A stretch of 64,000 bases of DNA from Eledone cirrhosa (taxonomy: Eukaryota), in NCBI GenBank assembly GCA_964016885.1, contig OZ024764.1, positions 16,616,001 to 16,680,000 of the forward strand, in the 5' to 3' direction. A program made the position numbers and the translations under genes. A model generated the notes under the pieces. It had not been told where the DNA came from and did not search any database. It saw only the letters and a list, made by a program, of their open reading frames with translations. Below, one piece after another: positions 61,692-64,000 of this stretch (the stretch's first letter is position 1; each line of letters opens with the position of its first letter).

Positions 61692-62798
61692 ACAATGTAG
61701 GTCGGTAAAGATCAATCTCACTAACCATTGATCTATGTACCCCACCTTCCCACCCAATACCACCTACTTACCATCTGCTTCACTGTTCTCCTCTCTCTCT
61801 CTCTCCTGCCTCCTCCTCTCTCTCTCTCCTACCTCCTCCTCTCTCCTGTCTATATAACCTCTCTCTCTGTCTGTCTATACCTCCTCTCTCTCTCTCCTAC
61901 CTCCTCCCCTCTCTCTCTCCTATCTCCTCCCCTCTCTCTCTCTCTCCCTCCTCCCCCCACTACCCTTACATCTTCCATTGTAATTACAATCCCGTCAAGG
62001 AGTTTCCTGTGTCTCTTCACACAAAGCTTGCAATATCTAACTAAACATACATATATATATATATACACACATATATATATATACATGTATGTATATATAT
62101 GTGCGTGTGTGTATAAATATATATGTATATATGTATAGATATATATGTATATAGATGTGTATATATACATACCCACACATACATATATACATACACACAC
62201 GTCTATATACACACACATCTATATATACATACATCTATATACATACACACATCTATATATACACACACACACACATCTATATATACATACATCTATATAT
62301 ACATACACACATCTATATATACACACACACACACACACACATCTATATACACATACATCTATATATACATACACACATCTATATATATACACACACACAC
62401 AGATCTATATATACATACATCTATATACATACACACATCTATATATACACACACACACATCTATATATACATACATCTATATACATACACACATCTATAT
62501 ATATACACACACACACATCTATATACACACACATCTATATATACATACACACATCTATATATACACACACACACACAGATCTATATATACATACATCTAT
62601 ATACATACACACATCTATATATACACACACATCCATATATACATATATATATATATACATATATATTTATACACACATATATATATACATACATGTATAA
62701 TGTATAGATATATACATACGTGTGTATATATATTGGTTTGAGTAAAATAACAGGAGTCCGAACTGGTGATGTCCCTTTAAAGATTTATTGATGCAAAA

Positions 62799-62856
62799 AC
62801 ACTATGTATATTTCAATGGCCTGGTTACATAAGATCCTAGCAACATCATCAGGTGC
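62799..62856 (-). ncRNA. Hammerhead-like motif family F
   Basis: GCAC-CTGATGA-long imperfect stem II-GAAATATACATA^GTGT. Confidence 0.5.
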
Positions 62857-62982
62857 AGATAGCATAATTAGATAGCTAAATATATGTATGTGTGTCATCA
62901 TCATCATCGTTTAATGTCCATCTTCCACGCTTGCATGGAGAGATGCTGTGCTGAAGCACGGAAAGCAGACGTAAAATGATGT

Positions 62983-63300
62983 ATCATCATTTCATTTTAC
63001 ATCCACTTTTCCCTGCCTGCAAGGGTGGGACGGGAACTGATTCTGGCTTGATTTCTACAGCTGGAGGCCCTTCCTAACACCAACCTCATTTACAGTGAGT
63101 GCTGGGTGCTTTCTTGCCGTGGCACCTCCACGACCACTTTGCAGTGGAATGATAGGGACCCCAGTCCCTATCATCTCATTTCTACAGCTGAGTAAACTGG
63201 AGCAATGTGAAATAAAGTGTCTTGCTCAAGGAAACAACACATCACCTGGTCTGAGAATTGAACTCACAACCTTTCGATTGCAAGGCCAATGCTCTAACCA
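62983..63300 (-). mobile_element. SINE family A
   Basis: Near-identical, slightly 5'-truncated. Confidence 0.87.
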
Positions 63301-63694
63301 TTACAGATTTCCTTCTATAAAAATATGACCATACAGGGTGTTGGTGATGGTGATAGCAGTGTATGCATGTGTGTGTTTGTGCATGCATGTATGTATGTAT
63401 GTATGTGTGTGTCTGTATATGTAGTGTGGTCTGTGTGTGTAGGCATCTATGTGAGTGTGTATGGTGCAGTGTGTGTATGTATGTGTGGTACTGTTTGGTC
63501 ATCATCTATCTATTGGGGAGAGGGAGGGGGGGGGTCTTTTCTTATCCCCTTCAACCTTTCTTAGAAATTATCATCACCACCATCATCATCATTTAACACA
63601 TATGTTCCATACTAGCATGGGTTAGATTGGTTGTCCCATTGTGAGACAATTCAGAGCAGATGACCATCTCTTGCTCGCACAGAACCATCTCTAA

Positions 63695-64000
63695 CTTGGT
63701 TTCTGTGACTGGTTGCCCTTGGTTTCTGTGACTAGTTGCCCTTGGTTTCTGTGACTAGTTGCCCTTGGTTTCTGTGACTGGTTGCCCTTGGTTTCTGTGA
63801 CTGGTTGCCCTTGGTTTCTGTGACTGGTTGCCCTTGGTTTCTGTGACTGGTTGCCCTTGGTTTCTGTGACTGGTTGCCCTTGGTTTCTGTGACTGGTTGC
63901 CCTTGGTTTCTGTGACTAGTTGCCCTTGGTTTCTGTGACTGGTTGCCCTTGGTTTCTGTGACTGGTTGCCCTTGGTTTCTGTGACTGGTTGCCCTTGGTT
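63695..64000. repeat. 23-bp minisatellite running off the window
   Basis: cttggtttctgtgactggttgcc. Confidence 0.92.

Noticed and set aside
59115-64000. HIP1 first exon or promoter
   Set aside because: No ATG-bearing exon with a phase-0 donor and HIP1-like N-terminus was recognised; it is probably outside the window.

Overview
Eukaryotic, AT- and microsatellite-rich animal DNA, probably a coleoid cephalopod such as Octopus (inferred from the repeat types, not proven). Almost the whole window is one minus-strand, multi-exon gene, the HIP1/HIP1R (Sla2/End4) orthologue. I traced 29 phase-consistent coding exons from 59114 down to 3800 (3126 nt, 1042 codons) encoding ANTH, a clathrin/AP2 linker, coiled coil and the I/LWEQ (THATCH) domain. 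There is also a candidate poly-Ala/poly-Pro cassette exon and two candidate C-terminal exons; exon 1 probably lies beyond the window. One intron has U12 (minor spliceosome) signals. The introns contain RTE LINEs (one with an uninterrupted RT ORF carrying a PHD-like finger), two tRNA-derived SINE families, a TTAA/piggyBac-type MITE, and many minisatellites, several derived from transposon sequence. The main hidden layer is about a dozen type-I hammerhead-ribozyme motifs in at least five sequence families, including a U3-A8 core variant. They sit in AT-rich, (TA)n-flanked, often palindromic Penelope-like relics, mostly sense to the HIP1 pre-mRNA. All coordinates and folds were read by eye and not computed.
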